The notes: generated by a model not told the origin, from the letters alone. A DNA stretch of 64,000 bases from an uncultured Bacteroidales bacterium (GCA_963757935.1 CAVWSZ010000002.1:823-64822); one strand, 5' to 3'; positions 19,561-30,735 are shown, numbered from the stretch's first letter. A program made the numbers and translations.

Positions 19561-20208
19561 ATGTCAGTAAAGATCAGATTAGCTAGGAAAGGCCGCAAAA
19601 AGCAGGCTTACTACCATGTAGTGGTAGCAGATAGCAGGTCGCCACGCGATGGCAGATTCATTGAAAAGATCGGAATCTATAACCCGATCACTGACCCGGC
19701 AACAATCGATATCAATTTCGAGAAGGCTTTGGGTTGGCTGCAGAACGGTGCGCAACCCACAGACACATGCAGGGCAATCCTCTCATATAAAGGGGTTCTC
19801 CTGAAGAAACACCTCATTGAAGGTGTGAAAAAAGGTGCATTCGACGAGGCTGAGGCAGACCGCCGCTTCAACGAATGGCTGAAGAACAAGGAAGAGCAGA
19901 TCGAAGCCAGGAAATCAGGACTTGAGAAGAAGGGTGAAGAGACCCGCAAGCAGCGTCTTGAGGCTGAGACAACCGTTAAGGAAAACAGGGCAGCCGCATA
20001 TGCAAAGAAACTTGCAGCCCTCGCTGCCGAGGCTGAAGCAGCCGCCAAAGCCCTTGTTGCACCTGAGGCTCCCGAAGCTCCCGAAGCTGAAGCAGTAGCC
20101 GAAACAGCTGCCGCTGATGTTGCAGCTGAGCCGGTAGCAGAAGCAGAAGCTCCTGTTGCTGAAGAAAAGAACGAGGCATCTGAAGAGACTGAGAAGACTC
20201 AGGAATAA
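19561..20208 (+). CDS. rpsP: 30S ribosomal protein S16 (long Bacteroidota form)
   Basis: [32 protein letters not shown]; Ala/Glu/Pro-rich tail. Confidence 0.97.
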   Translation: MSVKIRLARKGRKKQAYYHVVVADSRSPRDGRFIEKIGIYNPITDPATIDINFEKALGWLQNGAQPTDTCRAILSYKGVLLKKHLIEGVKKGAFDEAEADRRFNEWLKNKEEQIEARKSGLEKKGEETRKQRLEAETTVKENRAAAYAKKLAALAAEAEAAAKALVAPEAPEAPEAEAVAETAAADVAAEPVAEAEAPVAEEKNEASEETEKTQE

Positions 20209-20233
20209 TATTGTTCACTGCTGACGCCGGCCT

Positions 20234-20728
20234 GTGAGAACCATAGGTGTCATATCGAAAACACACGGCTATGAAGGAGCCGTGGTTGTCAGGACTGAGG
20301 GCGGCATGGCAGGAGAACCGAAACCAGGAGAACCGGTATTCATCGTAATTGATGGATTACCGGTTCCCTTTTTTACACGGGAGGCCTGGTCACCTTCCCA
20401 GGGAACACTTGTAATATCATTTGACGACTACCTGACAACGGCATCAGTTGCAGGATTTAAAGGCTGTGAGGTCAGGGCCGAAGACCCGGGCCAGCCCGAC
20501 GAGGGCCTCTCTCAACTTATAAATTATCAGATTATTGACAACCAGTCCTCCTTCCATGGTACTGTTGTCAGCCTCATTGAGGGCCCGGGGCAGATTATGG
20601 CCGAAGTGTCAGGTCCCGGAGGATATGTCCTGATACCCCTGCATCCTGACCTTATCATCTCAATTGACCATGACAACAAAAAGATTGAGATGTCATTACC
20701 ATCAGGACTGACATCGGTCAACGACTGA
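20234..20728 (+). CDS. rimM: 16S rRNA processing protein RimM
   Basis: IGVISKTHGYEG, PVPFF, VLIP..LPSGL; follows rpsP. Confidence 0.85.
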   Translation: MRTIGVISKTHGYEGAVVVRTEGGMAGEPKPGEPVFIVIDGLPVPFFTREAWSPSQGTLVISFDDYLTTASVAGFKGCEVRAEDPGQPDEGLSQLINYQIIDNQSSFHGTVVSLIEGPGQIMAEVSGPGGYVLIPLHPDLIISIDHDNKKIEMSLPSGLTSVND

Positions 20729-20808
20729 CTTCAGCTTTTTCTGTCAGCGGATGCAACATTGTATCCGGACTCCCGTCTTTCTTACAATAATATCTAAATC
20801 GGCCAGTA

Positions 20809-21504
20809 ATGAAAAACCTATTGTCGCTTGCAGCTGCACTGCTGCTTTTAACTTCAGCCGTCACGGCTCAGGAGTCATATTCTGAAACCAGGAATGTCAC
20901 AGGATTCAACGAGGTAAGCTTCGCGGTAGCCGGGGAAGTCTTTATATCCTTTGGTCAGGGCTACAAGGTTGTCCTGGAAGGTGACAGGGATTATGTGAAG
21001 GAAATTGAGACCAGGGTCAGCGGCGGTGAACTGCAAATCAGGAACGAAAAGTGGTTCAATGTAACTAACCATAAACTGACAGTTCATATAACAATGCCCT
21101 CTTTGCAGGGAATTGCAGTTTCCGGCTCCGGGAAGGTGAAAGTCGAAGATCCGCTGAAGGGCGACGCCCTGGAAATAGATATCAGTGGCAGCGGCCGTGT
21201 TTACCTTGGAGATGTCACACTGAACAACGTTGAATGCGACATCTCAGGCTCAGGCGGTTTTCTTGCCGAAGGCAGCGGAACCATAGGTAAACTTGAGGTT
21301 GACATTTCAGGCTCGGGAAGCTTCAAGGGGGAGACTGTTCAGATAGGTACCCTCGAAACTTCGATTTCGGGAAGCGGCAGTTGCGACTGTAATGTTACCG
21401 AAATGCTGAGAGCATCAATTTCCGGTAGCGGAAGCGTGTACTATTCAGGCAATCCTAAAATTGACGCTTCGATTTCCGGCTCCGGCAAGGTAAGAATGAA
21501 ATAA
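20809..21504 (+). CDS. Exported DUF2807 / GIN head-domain protein
   Basis: Signal peptide ending before Gln; repeated ISGSG beta-helix units. Confidence 0.85.
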   Translation: MKNLLSLAAALLLLTSAVTAQESYSETRNVTGFNEVSFAVAGEVFISFGQGYKVVLEGDRDYVKEIETRVSGGELQIRNEKWFNVTNHKLTVHITMPSLQGIAVSGSGKVKVEDPLKGDALEIDISGSGRVYLGDVTLNNVECDISGSGGFLAEGSGTIGKLEVDISGSGSFKGETVQIGTLETSISGSGSCDCNVTEMLRASISGSGSVYYSGNPKIDASISGSGKVRMK

Positions 21505-22080
21505 CTATTGGCGCAGGATTTTTATCGCTCCGTTTGCTGACACTTTGATGACCGAAGAGGGTGAGGCTTTCGACCTGTCATCCTGCCTGTAAAGGCATAC
21601 ATAATCGACGGCGCTTATGATTTCTTCACTTATTTCGTCAAAGATTGCCGGGGCATCTTCACCGCTTATGTTGGCAGATGTGGAGATCAGGGGTTTACGC
21701 AGGGCATCGATAAGCGCATCGCAGAAAGGCTCACTGCATATCCTGACACCTACTGACCCGTCAGATGAGGCAACTCCATCTGCCAGGCTGCGTCCCTTGT
21801 CATAGACTACTGTCAGCGGCTTCTCTGACCATTCGGCCATCTGCAGGGCTACCTCAGGCGGACTGTCGACATATCTCGTTAGCATCGCCGCTGAGTTGAC
21901 AAGCACTATAAGGCTTTTGGCGTCGCTCCTTTTTTTGATTTCAAAGATCTTCCTGACAGCTCCGGCATTGGTGGCGTCGCAGCCCAGACCCCAGACGGTG
22001 TCAGTGGGATAAAGTATCACTCCTCCGGCCCTGAGAACCTTCAGGGCATTTTTTATATCTTCCCCGAATTCGTTTTTCAT
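21505..22080 (-). CDS. tsaC: L-threonylcarbamoyladenylate synthase (YrdC/Sua5 family)
   Basis: YPTDTVWGLGC, KKR..K, STSANISG. Confidence 0.92.
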   Translation of the reverse strand: MKNEFGEDIKNALKVLRAGGVILYPTDTVWGLGCDATNAGAVRKIFEIKKRSDAKSLIVLVNSAAMLTRYVDSPPEVALQMAEWSEKPLTVVYDKGRSLADGVASSDGSVGVRICSEPFCDALIDALRKPLISTSANISGEDAPAIFDEISEEIISAVDYVCLYRQDDRSKASPSSVIKVSANGAIKILRQ

Positions 22081-22892
22081 ACCGTCACATCGTTTTCTCT
22101 GAGGGCGTTGTTGAGAGAGGTTTTTTTGTCTGTCGATTCTTTCCTTTTGCCTATTATAAGTGCGCAGGGCACATTGTATTTTCCGGAGGGGAATTCCTTC
22201 GGATATGTGCCGGGGATGACCACACTGCGCGGTGGAACGTATCCCCGGTATTCAACCGGTTGCCCGCCTGTTACATCTATCACTCTCGTGGAACCCGTTA
22301 TCACAACATTCGCTCCTATAACCGCCTCCTGGCATATGCGTGCACCCTCAACCAGTACTGCCCGTGAGCCCACGAAGCAGTTATCCTCCACAACCACAGG
22401 TGCCGCCTGCACCGGTTCCAGCACTCCTCCGATGCCCACGCCCCCGCTGAGATGAACATGCCTGCCTATCTGTGCACATGAGCCTACAGTGGCCCACGTG
22501 TCCACCATAGTCCCCTCGTCAACCCTGGCTCCGATATTTACAAATGAGGGCATCAGTATAACCCCTTTTGCAAGGTAAGACCCGTACCTGGCAACTGCGT
22601 GAGGAACAACCCTGACGCCAAGCTCCTTATAGTTATGCTTCAGGTCTATTTTGTCATGAAACTCCAGGGGCCCGGCATTGGTTGTCATCATCTCCCGTAG
22701 GGGGAAATACAGAATTACAGCTTTCTTTATCCATTCATTCACAACCCAGGTGTCCCCGACAGGCTCTGCAACCCTCAGAATACCCTTGTCGAGAGCCTCT
22801 ATAACCTCTTCCACAGCCCTGCGGACGGGTTCCTCATTAAGCCTTTCCCGATGCTCCCAGGCCTCCCCTATAAGTTCTTTTCCGAAACTCAT
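22077..22892 (-). CDS. dapD: Tetrahydrodipicolinate N-succinyltransferase
   Basis: NEWIKKAV, MPSFVNIGA, DTWATVGSCAQIG, GGVLEP; start set at ATG 22892. Confidence 0.95.
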   Translation of the reverse strand: MSFGKELIGEAWEHRERLNEEPVRRAVEEVIEALDKGILRVAEPVGDTWVVNEWIKKAVILYFPLREMMTTNAGPLEFHDKIDLKHNYKELGVRVVPHAVARYGSYLAKGVILMPSFVNIGARVDEGTMVDTWATVGSCAQIGRHVHLSGGVGIGGVLEPVQAAPVVVEDNCFVGSRAVLVEGARICQEAVIGANVVITGSTRVIDVTGGQPVEYRGYVPPRSVVIPGTYPKEFPSGKYNVPCALIIGKRKESTDKKTSLNNALRENDVTV

Positions 22893-23010
22893 TTTTGATT
22901 TCAAAATTAGTAAATGTTATTTCCGGTGGTTAAAAAACAATAATAACTATTATAGAACATAATATCATCTGTTGAGATTGTTAATTTTGAAAGCAGCAAA
23001 CGAAAAAAGC

Positions 23011-25422
23011 ATGATCAGAAAAACACTCATTGCAGCAATTCTTTTCTGTACAGTCACCGCGGTGATGGGACAGACTGACTTCAGGTACCAGCTTCCCCCG
23101 GAGGCGATCGTAAAGATCATTGATGCGCCCCAGACGCCGGGAGTAATGGTTAGTCCTGACAATACAACCATCCTCCTGCTTGACAGGCCGGGACTGGTAT
23201 CCATTGCCGAGCTTTCAGCACCCGAACTGCGCATTGCAGGCCTCAGGCTCGATCCGCTCACAAACAGCCAGAGCCGGGGACAGTCGGTGAATAAAATCAC
23301 AGCACTGAACATCGACGGCACAAACCTCCGCAGCTTCACCGGTATGCCGGCAGCTCCTGAGATAGGTGGCATCTCGTGGGCTGACGACAGCAAGCGTTTC
23401 ACATTCACAAATACAACTGACAAAGGTGTGGAGCTCTGGGTTGCAGATATGGCAACCATGACAGCCACAAAAATCGATGAGGGGCTTAACAATATTTTTC
23501 GCGGCACCAGCAGCTGGCTCCCTGACGGTTCGTTCATATACCTTCGCACCCTTCAGAACAGGGGCAAGGCGCCGGTACCCTCCCTGACACCCATCGGACC
23601 GGTGGTACAGGAGAGCTCAGGAAAACAGGGCGAAGCACGTACATTCCAGGACCTTCTCAAAAATGTTGACGATGAGGCGATGTTCGAATACTACGGCACC
23701 TCCGAACTGGTCAGATGGAACGGCACCGCAAAGGAAGTACTTGGAAAGAAAGGAATCATAACTGACATTTCTCCGTCGCCTGACGGCAAGTGGCTGATGG
23801 TCACTACTGTTGAACGGCCATTCTCATACCTTGTGCCCTATTCGTTCTTCCCCAACAGGACTGAGATTTGGGATATCAGCGGCAAGGTGGTGAAAGAGCT
23901 GCTCTTCAAGCCGTTGCAGGAAAATCTTCCCAGGGGTTACGATGCTGTGGATCCCGGGCCGAGAAACTACAGCTGGAGGGCGGACAGACCTGCATCACTT
24001 CTGTGGGTTGAAGCCCTTGACAATGGTGATTACTATGCAAAGGAGATGAAATTTCATGACCAGGTATGGCTCCTCGAGGCTCCATTCACAGCTGAGCCCA
24101 AACCGTTCCTTTCTGTTGAAAAAAGGATACAGAGGATAACCTGGGGCAATGACAACCTTGCTGTTGTTTCAGAGGGACTTTCAAAGAGCCGTGTCAGGGT
24201 TACCAGTACATTCAGCCCTGCTGATCCGCAGAACACGCTGAAGAAAATTCATGAGATCAACTCCGACGACCGCTACGGTAACCCGGGCGGATTCATGACG
24301 GCACTGAACAGTTTCGGACGCCAGGCACTTCTTGTCGGTGACAAGGGGAAGAGTCTTTTTCTCACAGGAAACGGATCTTCACCGGAAGGTGACAGGCCTT
24401 TTATTGACAAATATGATATCAAAACCGGAACGACCACGCGCCTCTGGAGGTCGGAAGCGCCGTATTACGAAACCGTAAGCGACTTCATCAATGCTGCAAA
24501 AGGATTGGTACTGACAGTCAGACAGTCGGTAACGGAGGTCCCCAACTATTTCATCCGTGACCTTAAAAAGGGCACACTGGTGCAGGTCACAAAATTTGAA
24601 AATCCCTATCCCGAGCTGTCAGGCGTCAAAAAAGAGCTTGTCACCTACAAACGCAACGACGGTGTTGATCTTTCATTCACGCTATACCTGCCTTCAGGTT
24701 ATGACAAGGCCAAAGACGGTCCTCTTCCGACGATACTCTGGGCATATCCCAGGGAGTTCAATGATGCCTCTATGGCTGGTCAGATAAGCGGTTCACCGTA
24801 TACTTTCACACGCATCAGTCCATCATCGGTGCTGATCTATGTGACACAGGGTTATGCAGTTCTTAATGATGCCGCATTCCCGATAGTGGGAGTCGGAGGC
24901 AAAGAGCCGAATGACACCTTTGTCGAGCAGCTTGTTGCCGATGCTGAAGCTGCCATCAACAAAGCGGTTGAGATGGGGGTTACTGACCCGGCACGGGTTG
25001 CAGTCAGCGGTCACTCTTACGGCGCCTTCATGACGGCACATCTCCTCTCGCACACCAGGCTGTTTGCAGCTGGAATTGCAAGGAGCGGAGCCTATAACCG
25101 TACACTTACTCCCTTCGGATTTCAGAGTGAACGCCGCAGCTTCTGGGAGGCACGTGATCTTTACATGGACATGTCACCGTTCTCCTGGGCCACAAAGGTC
25201 AAAGACCCGCTGCTGCTTATTCACGGCATTGCCGATGATAACCAGGGTACTTTCCCCATACAGAGCGAGAGGTACTACGCTGCACTGAAGGGTGCGGGTG
25301 TCACTACGAGGCTCGTACTGCTGCCTTCGGAGGCTCATGGTTATGCAGCCAGGGAATCATTGCTGCACATGCACTGGGAGTACCTCAGGTGGCTCGATAA
25401 ATATGTTAAGAACAAGGAATAG
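23011..25422 (+). CDS. Exported S9-family (prolyl oligopeptidase-like) peptidase
   Basis: Signal peptide; nucleophile motif GHSYG, ARSGAYNRTLTPFGFQ, EAHGY. Confidence 0.9.
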   Translation: MIRKTLIAAILFCTVTAVMGQTDFRYQLPPEAIVKIIDAPQTPGVMVSPDNTTILLLDRPGLVSIAELSAPELRIAGLRLDPLTNSQSRGQSVNKITALNIDGTNLRSFTGMPAAPEIGGISWADDSKRFTFTNTTDKGVELWVADMATMTATKIDEGLNNIFRGTSSWLPDGSFIYLRTLQNRGKAPVPSLTPIGPVVQESSGKQGEARTFQDLLKNVDDEAMFEYYGTSELVRWNGTAKEVLGKKGIITDISPSPDGKWLMVTTVERPFSYLVPYSFFPNRTEIWDISGKVVKELLFKPLQENLPRGYDAVDPGPRNYSWRADRPASLLWVEALDNGDYYAKEMKFHDQVWLLEAPFTAEPKPFLSVEKRIQRITWGNDNLAVVSEGLSKSRVRVTSTFSPADPQNTLKKIHEINSDDRYGNPGGFMTALNSFGRQALLVGDKGKSLFLTGNGSSPEGDRPFIDKYDIKTGTTTRLWRSEAPYYETVSDFINAAKGLVLTVRQSVTEVPNYFIRDLKKGTLVQVTKFENPYPELSGVKKELVTYKRNDGVDLSFTLYLPSGYDKAKDGPLPTILWAYPREFNDASMAGQISGSPYTFTRISPSSVLIYVTQGYAVLNDAAFPIVGVGGKEPNDTFVEQLVADAEAAINKAVEMGVTDPARVAVSGHSYGAFMTAHLLSHTRLFAAGIARSGAYNRTLTPFGFQSERRSFWEARDLYMDMSPFSWATKVKDPLLLIHGIADDNQGTFPIQSERYYAALKGAGVTTRLVLLPSEAHGYAARESLLHMHWEYLRWLDKYVKNKE

Positions 25423-25449
25423 TTGCGTATGTGACTGAATAACAGGAGT

Positions 25450-25485
25450 CCGGGGCGGTTGATAACTTCCCCGGTTCTTTTTTTA
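25450..25485 (+). terminator. Probable Rho-independent terminator
   Basis: CCGGGG / CCCCGG stem followed by a T tract. Confidence 0.6.
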
Positions 25486-25560
25486 TTATGTTGAAAGTCG
25501 GATTAGGTTTTGAAGAAAAACTGATTAGATTTGTACCTCAAACTTTAAAAACCTAAGAGT

Positions 25561-27855
25561 ATGATCAGTAGTTTGTTCTGGATAGCGCCCATTTCAGCGG
25601 TGCTGGCTCTTTTCTTTGCATGGATCTTCTACCGCGGCATGATGAAAGCCCCGGCAGGCAATGACCGTATGCAGGAGATAGCACAATATGTAAGGGAGGG
25701 TGCAATGGCTTACCTCAAAAGCCAGTATAAAGTTGTAGGCAAGGTCTTCATAATCCTTGTTATTCTTCTCACTGTCCTTGCTTACCTGGGAGTGCAGAAC
25801 CCATTCGTTCCTGTAGCGTTCCTCACCGGCGGATTCTTCTCGGGTCTCTGCGGATTCCTCGGGATGAAGACGGCAACACATGCCTCATCAAGAACTGCCC
25901 AGGGCGCCTCTGTTTCACTGAACAAGGGTCTTCAGATTGCATTCCGCAGCGGTGCTGTGATGGGTTTGGTGGTCGTTGGGTTCGGACTGCTTGATATAGC
26001 ACTGTGGTTCATCCTGCTCAATAACTTGATCTTTACTCCAGAGCATATGGCTGAGGGTCTCAAATGGCTTGGTCTTACTTTCGTTCAGGCCGGTACTGAT
26101 AATCATCAGAAGATGATCGAGATCACGGCCACCATGCTTACATTCGGTATGGGCGCTTCCACACAGGCTCTCTTCGCACGCGTTGGCGGAGGTATCTTCA
26201 CAAAGGCTGCTGACGTTGGAGCCGACCTTGTAGGTAAGGTAGAAGCCAACATACCTGAGGATGACCCCCGTAACCCTGCCACCATTGCAGATAACGTCGG
26301 TGATAACGTGGGCGACGTAGCCGGAATGGGTGCCGACCTCTATGAATCGTATGCCGGGTCAATACTGGCCACCGCGGCCCTCGGTGCAGCTTTGCCACTG
26401 CTTTCCGCCGGGGATCAGATGAAGGCTGTCATTGCACCGATGATCGTTGCGGCTATTGGTATACTTCTCTCAATAGCAGGTGTTTACATGGTCAGAACCA
26501 AAGAGTCGGCCACACAGAAAAATCTGCTTAATGCCCTGTTGCTCGGAACCGGAGGAAGCTCCGCTCTGATACTTATAGCCCTGGCCGCCATGGCCTTTTC
26601 CGGTTGGATCACCTGGGGCGTCTTCGGAGCTGTGGTTGCAGGTCTCACTGCTGGAGTCATCATTGGTCAGTCGACAGAATACTTCACATCGGACGAATAC
26701 GGTCCAACAAGGGGCATCGCAAAACAGACCCTTCAGGGTCCTGCCACTACAATCATTGAAGGTATGGCTGTGGGAATGATGTCATCATGGGTGCCGGTAC
26801 TTACAATTGCTGCTGCTATCATTGCAGCGTACGGATTTGCAGGAGGCTTCACCAGCTTCCCAAGCGGCGTCTACGGCATCGGCTTTGCCGCCGTGGGAAT
26901 GCTTTCTACCCTTGGTATAACACTTGCCACTGATGCATTCGGACCCATTGCCGACAATGCAGGCGGTAATGCTGAGATGTCTCATCTTCCTAAAGAAGTA
27001 CGTGAGCGCACTGACGCTCTCGATATGCTTGGAAATACTACTGCAGCCACAGGTAAAGGCTTTGCCATCGGTTCCGCAGCCCTTACGGCTATGGCGCTGG
27101 TTGCAGCCTATATTGAGGAAATAAAACTATGGCTGGGACGTACGGCTGATGAATCAGCAGAAGGATTTAAACAGATAGGTGATGTCCTTTTTTACAAGAG
27201 CACTGTGCCTGCCTCAATCCCTGACGGCTTGACCGCAGTAAGTGTAAATACAGCAGGTATCAAGGACTTTATCAGCGCCTATGACCTTTCTGTTTTCAAC
27301 CCGTTGCTGCTTGCAGGACTTTTTATCGGAGCCATGATGGCATTCCTCTTCAGCGCACTGTCAATGAAAGCTGTTGGCCGTGCAGCAGGAAGTATGGTTG
27401 ACGAGGTCAGACGTCAGTTCCGTGATATCCCGGGCATTATGGAAGGCACAGGGAAACCTGAATATGCAAAATGCGTTGCCATTTCAACCAAGGGAGCACA
27501 GCGTGAAATGCTTCTTCCTTCACTTCTTGCCATTGCTGTGCCATTCGTAGTAGGTATTGCTCTTGGAGTGCCGGGTGTGGTAGGACTTCTCGTGGGAGGT
27601 ATGACGGCCGGATTTACCCTGGCGAGTATGCTCAACAATGCCGGTGGTGCCTGGGATAATGCGAAGAAGTTCATTGAGAAAGGCAACTTCGGCGGCAAAG
27701 GCAGCCAGGCTCATAAGGCCGGCGTAGTAGGTGATACAGTTGGAGATCCATTTAAGGATACTTCAGGACCGGCACTTAACATTCTCATCAAACTCATGTC
27801 GATGGTAGCTGTGGTTCTTGCAGGACTTACTGTCATGTGGAGCCTTTGGAATTGA
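25561..27855 (+). CDS. hppA: Membrane-bound cation-translocating pyrophosphatase (K+-dependent; Na+ or Na+/H+ pumping)
   Basis: DVGADLVGKVE, EDDPRN, DNVGDNVGD, GNTTAA (Ala marks K+ dependence), GDTVGDPFKD. Confidence 0.95.
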   Translation: MISSLFWIAPISAVLALFFAWIFYRGMMKAPAGNDRMQEIAQYVREGAMAYLKSQYKVVGKVFIILVILLTVLAYLGVQNPFVPVAFLTGGFFSGLCGFLGMKTATHASSRTAQGASVSLNKGLQIAFRSGAVMGLVVVGFGLLDIALWFILLNNLIFTPEHMAEGLKWLGLTFVQAGTDNHQKMIEITATMLTFGMGASTQALFARVGGGIFTKAADVGADLVGKVEANIPEDDPRNPATIADNVGDNVGDVAGMGADLYESYAGSILATAALGAALPLLSAGDQMKAVIAPMIVAAIGILLSIAGVYMVRTKESATQKNLLNALLLGTGGSSALILIALAAMAFSGWITWGVFGAVVAGLTAGVIIGQSTEYFTSDEYGPTRGIAKQTLQGPATTIIEGMAVGMMSSWVPVLTIAAAIIAAYGFAGGFTSFPSGVYGIGFAAVGMLSTLGITLATDAFGPIADNAGGNAEMSHLPKEVRERTDALDMLGNTTAATGKGFAIGSAALTAMALVAAYIEEIKLWLGRTADESAEGFKQIGDVLFYKSTVPASIPDGLTAVSVNTAGIKDFISAYDLSVFNPLLLAGLFIGAMMAFLFSALSMKAVGRAAGSMVDEVRRQFRDIPGIMEGTGKPEYAKCVAISTKGAQREMLLPSLLAIAVPFVVGIALGVPGVVGLLVGGMTAGFTLASMLNNAGGAWDNAKKFIEKGNFGGKGSQAHKAGVVGDTVGDPFKDTSGPALNILIKLMSMVAVVLAGLTVMWSLWN

Positions 27856-27870
27856 TTATTCAGATATTGA

Positions 27871-27903
27871 AAAGGGAGAGCCCATAACGGCTCTCTTTTT
27901 TTA
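27871..27903 (+). terminator. Rho-independent terminator after hppA
   Basis: GAGAGCC / GGCTCTC stem followed by T7. Confidence 0.8.
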
Positions 27904-28110
27904 TGCCCTGTAACTATATTTGATAATAGATGAGACACGGCATGTGTATTACTAATTGTGTAAATTTATGATCCGGTAATGGGGTCCGGGCCTGTTTCAT
28001 TATGCTATCAGGAGCGAATTCATCATATGCTCCGGATGAATTCTTAAATCAGGCTACCGGATAAATCCGCAGGTAAGGACCGGAACGAATTATTTAAACC
28101 AGACAGATAA

Positions 28111-29746
28111 ATGAAAAGTTATTTAAGCATCGGGTCACGGGTCAGCAGCATCAGGAATCTCTTTTTACTGGCGGTGCTCTTATTAATTATGCAGGTGCCG
28201 GTCTCCGGCAGCGGGTTGCCTGTGCAGCGGCCGCTCTCCGGCAGCGCAGGCGGGGAAAGGATAAGCTTCACAGTCGCAATGGATGACGCCATCAGGCATA
28301 ATTTCAGGGTTACAATGACACTCACAGGGATACAGCAGGACCTTACTGTGTTAAAGATGCCTGTCTGGACACCGGGGTACTACTGGATCCAGAACTATCC
28401 GAAGAATCTGAGCAGCCTGACTGTCAGGGACGAGGACGGAAACATACTTACATATGAGAAGACACTCAAGAATGCATGGAAAGTAAAAACTGCGGGTGTG
28501 ACCACACTGACAGTGAGCTATACAGTATATGCCGATAACCATTCTGTGGCGGATCCTTTCATCGATTCAACGCACGCTTTTATTGCACCTGCAGGACTCT
28601 TTCTTTATCCTGAAGGCAGACTGAAGTCTCCTTCGGAAATAACATTTGTTCCATACGGTGGCTGGCAGACTGTTTCGACAGGACTTGACCCGGTAGCCCG
28701 GTAAAGTAAATACTTACACAGCCCCTGATTTTGATGTACTGTTTGACAGTCCTGTCCTGATCGGAAACCAGGAGGTCATTTCCTTTGAGGTGGAAGGAAT
28801 TCCTCACCGAATAGCAGTACTCAATCCCGGCGCATATGACAGGGATAAACTTACGGCTGACTATAAAAAGATGGTTCAGAGCGCTGTCGGGCTGATAGGC
28901 GAGATGCCCTACAGGCACTATACCTTCCTGATTATGGGTCAGGGCGGGGGCGGACTGGAACATACCAACTCAATGGCGGTATTCACCGGCTTCCGCGGTG
29001 CTGATATATATCCCGCCGAAAGAAAATCATTTCTGGGCTGGATGAGCTTTATTGCCCACGAGTTCTACCATCTGTACAATGTAAAGACTATCAGGCCTGT
29101 GGCGCTGGGTCCTTTCGATTACGACAGGGAAAACTATACAAATATGCTCTGGGTCTCGGAGGGCTTCACTGTCTATTATGAGGACATAATACTCAACAGG
29201 GCAGGGTTTATGAACGGCGATGAGATGCTGGAGTCACTCGGTCGCAGCATAACAAATTACGAGTCGGTACCCGGTAGCAGGGTACAACCGGTCACCCTCT
29301 CGAGCTTCGATACATGGATCAATTTCTTCAACCGTAGCGCGAATGCGGAGAATACGACAATATCATATTATGACAAGGGATGCGGGCTGGCGTTGCTGCT
29401 TGACCTGAAGATAAGGCACGAGACAGACAATAAGAGATCGCTGAATGATGTGATGCGGAGGCTTTACTATAATTACTATAAGGAACTCGGCAGGGGATTC
29501 ACTGACGGTGAGTTCCGCAGCGAGTGCGAGAGCATTGCAGGATGCAGTCTTGAAGAGATTTTTAATTATGCCTCATCGACTGTAAGGCCGGATTACAACA
29601 GGTACCTCGATTATGCAGGGCTGTATATGACTGAGGAACCCTCCGGAAATCCGGCAGCGAAGAGTAAGTTTATTTTGCGGAGGAAAGAGAACATGACTCC
29701 GCAGCAAAAGAAGATTTATGATGACATGTTCAGGCCTGTCAACTGA
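28111..29746 (+). CDS. M61-family metallopeptidase (frameshift near 28700; no PDZ domain seen)
   Basis: MPVWTPGYY, GGGLEH, HEFYH zinc motif, LWVSEGFTVYY, ISYYDKG. Confidence 0.85.
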
Positions 29747-29778
29747 TATTACCAGAATAATAAGCTTAAGGAAATAAG

Positions 29779-30735
29779 ATGTTTATACCGGGATTTGAAG
29801 AGGTGCTTGCTGCCTCAGGGGCTATTTCTTCGTTTATTCACCGTACGCCGGTGCTTACCTCGCGGCAGTTGAATGCCGTCAGCGGCGGGCGGTTGTTTTT
29901 CAAGTGTGAGAACTTCCAGAAGGTGGGTGCTTTCAAGTTCAGGGGTGCCACCAATGCGGTCATCAACCTGACGGATGAGCAGCGCCGCAGGGGGGTGGTG
30001 ACGCACTCATCGGGCAATCATGCTGCGGCGCTGGCGCATGCTGCAGTATCCAGGGGCGTGAAGGCATTCATCGTAATGCCGTCATCGGCTCCCGAGGTGA
30101 AGAAGAGGGCTGTGGCGGGCTACGGTGCCGTGATCACCTTCTGCGAGCCCACCCTCGAGGCGAGGGAGGCCGCCGCCGCCGCAATCATCAGCCGTGAAGG
30201 GGCCACCCTGGTGCATCCCTACGATAACTTCTTCATCATAGCGGGCCAGGGCACCGCGGCGCTGGAACTGATGACAGAACAGCCGGCCCTCGACGCCATA
30301 ATCGCTCCCGTAGGCGGCGGCGGCCTCCTCAGCGGAACAGCAATAACCGCCCGCCACCTCAACCCCGACATCCGCATCTACGGCGCCGAACCCCTGCTGG
30401 CGGATGACGCCAGCAGATCATTCCGCACAGGAGTCATCCAGCCCGCACTGAAGCCAGCTACCATTGCTGACGGACTGCTTACATCGCTTTGCGAGAGAAC
30501 ATTCACTGTGATACGTGACAATGTGGATGACATTCTGACGGTGACAGAGACTTCTATAATCAACGCCATGCTTCTGGTATGGGAGAGAATGAAGATTGTC
30601 ATCGAGCCTTCATCCGCAGTGGCACTCGCAGCCGTGCTCGACTACAAACCGCTTTTTGCCGGTAAAAATGTCGGTATTATAATCTCGGGGGGTAATGTGG
30701 ATATGAAAAAACTGCCCTTCAGTCAGCTCTCCTGA
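29779..30735 (+). CDS. PLP-dependent serine racemase / threonine dehydratase family enzyme
   Basis: KCENFQKVGAFKFRG, THSSGNHA, PVGGGGLLSG, EPSSA, SGGN. Confidence 0.9.
   Translation: MFIPGFEEVLAASGAISSFIHRTPVLTSRQLNAVSGGRLFFKCENFQKVGAFKFRGATNAVINLTDEQRRRGVVTHSSGNHAAALAHAAVSRGVKAFIVMPSSAPEVKKRAVAGYGAVITFCEPTLEAREAAAAAIISREGATLVHPYDNFFIIAGQGTAALELMTEQPALDAIIAPVGGGGLLSGTAITARHLNPDIRIYGAEPLLADDASRSFRTGVIQPALKPATIADGLLTSLCERTFTVIRDNVDDILTVTETSIINAMLLVWERMKIVIEPSSAVALAAVLDYKPLFAGKNVGIIISGGNVDMKKLPFSQLS

Noticed and set aside
20000-20208. Low-complexity APEAPEAPE repeats in rpsP
   Set aside because: Ordinary Ala/Glu-rich C-terminal extension of Bacteroidota S16.
21110-21490. Periodic ISGSG repeats in the DUF2807 gene
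   Set aside because: Intrinsic beta-helix repeats of the protein family, not a DNA element.
27960-28090. Hairpin GAATTCATC/GATGAATTC upstream of the M61 peptidase as a riboswitch
   Set aside because: It is a single stem with no recognisable aptamer consensus or expression platform.
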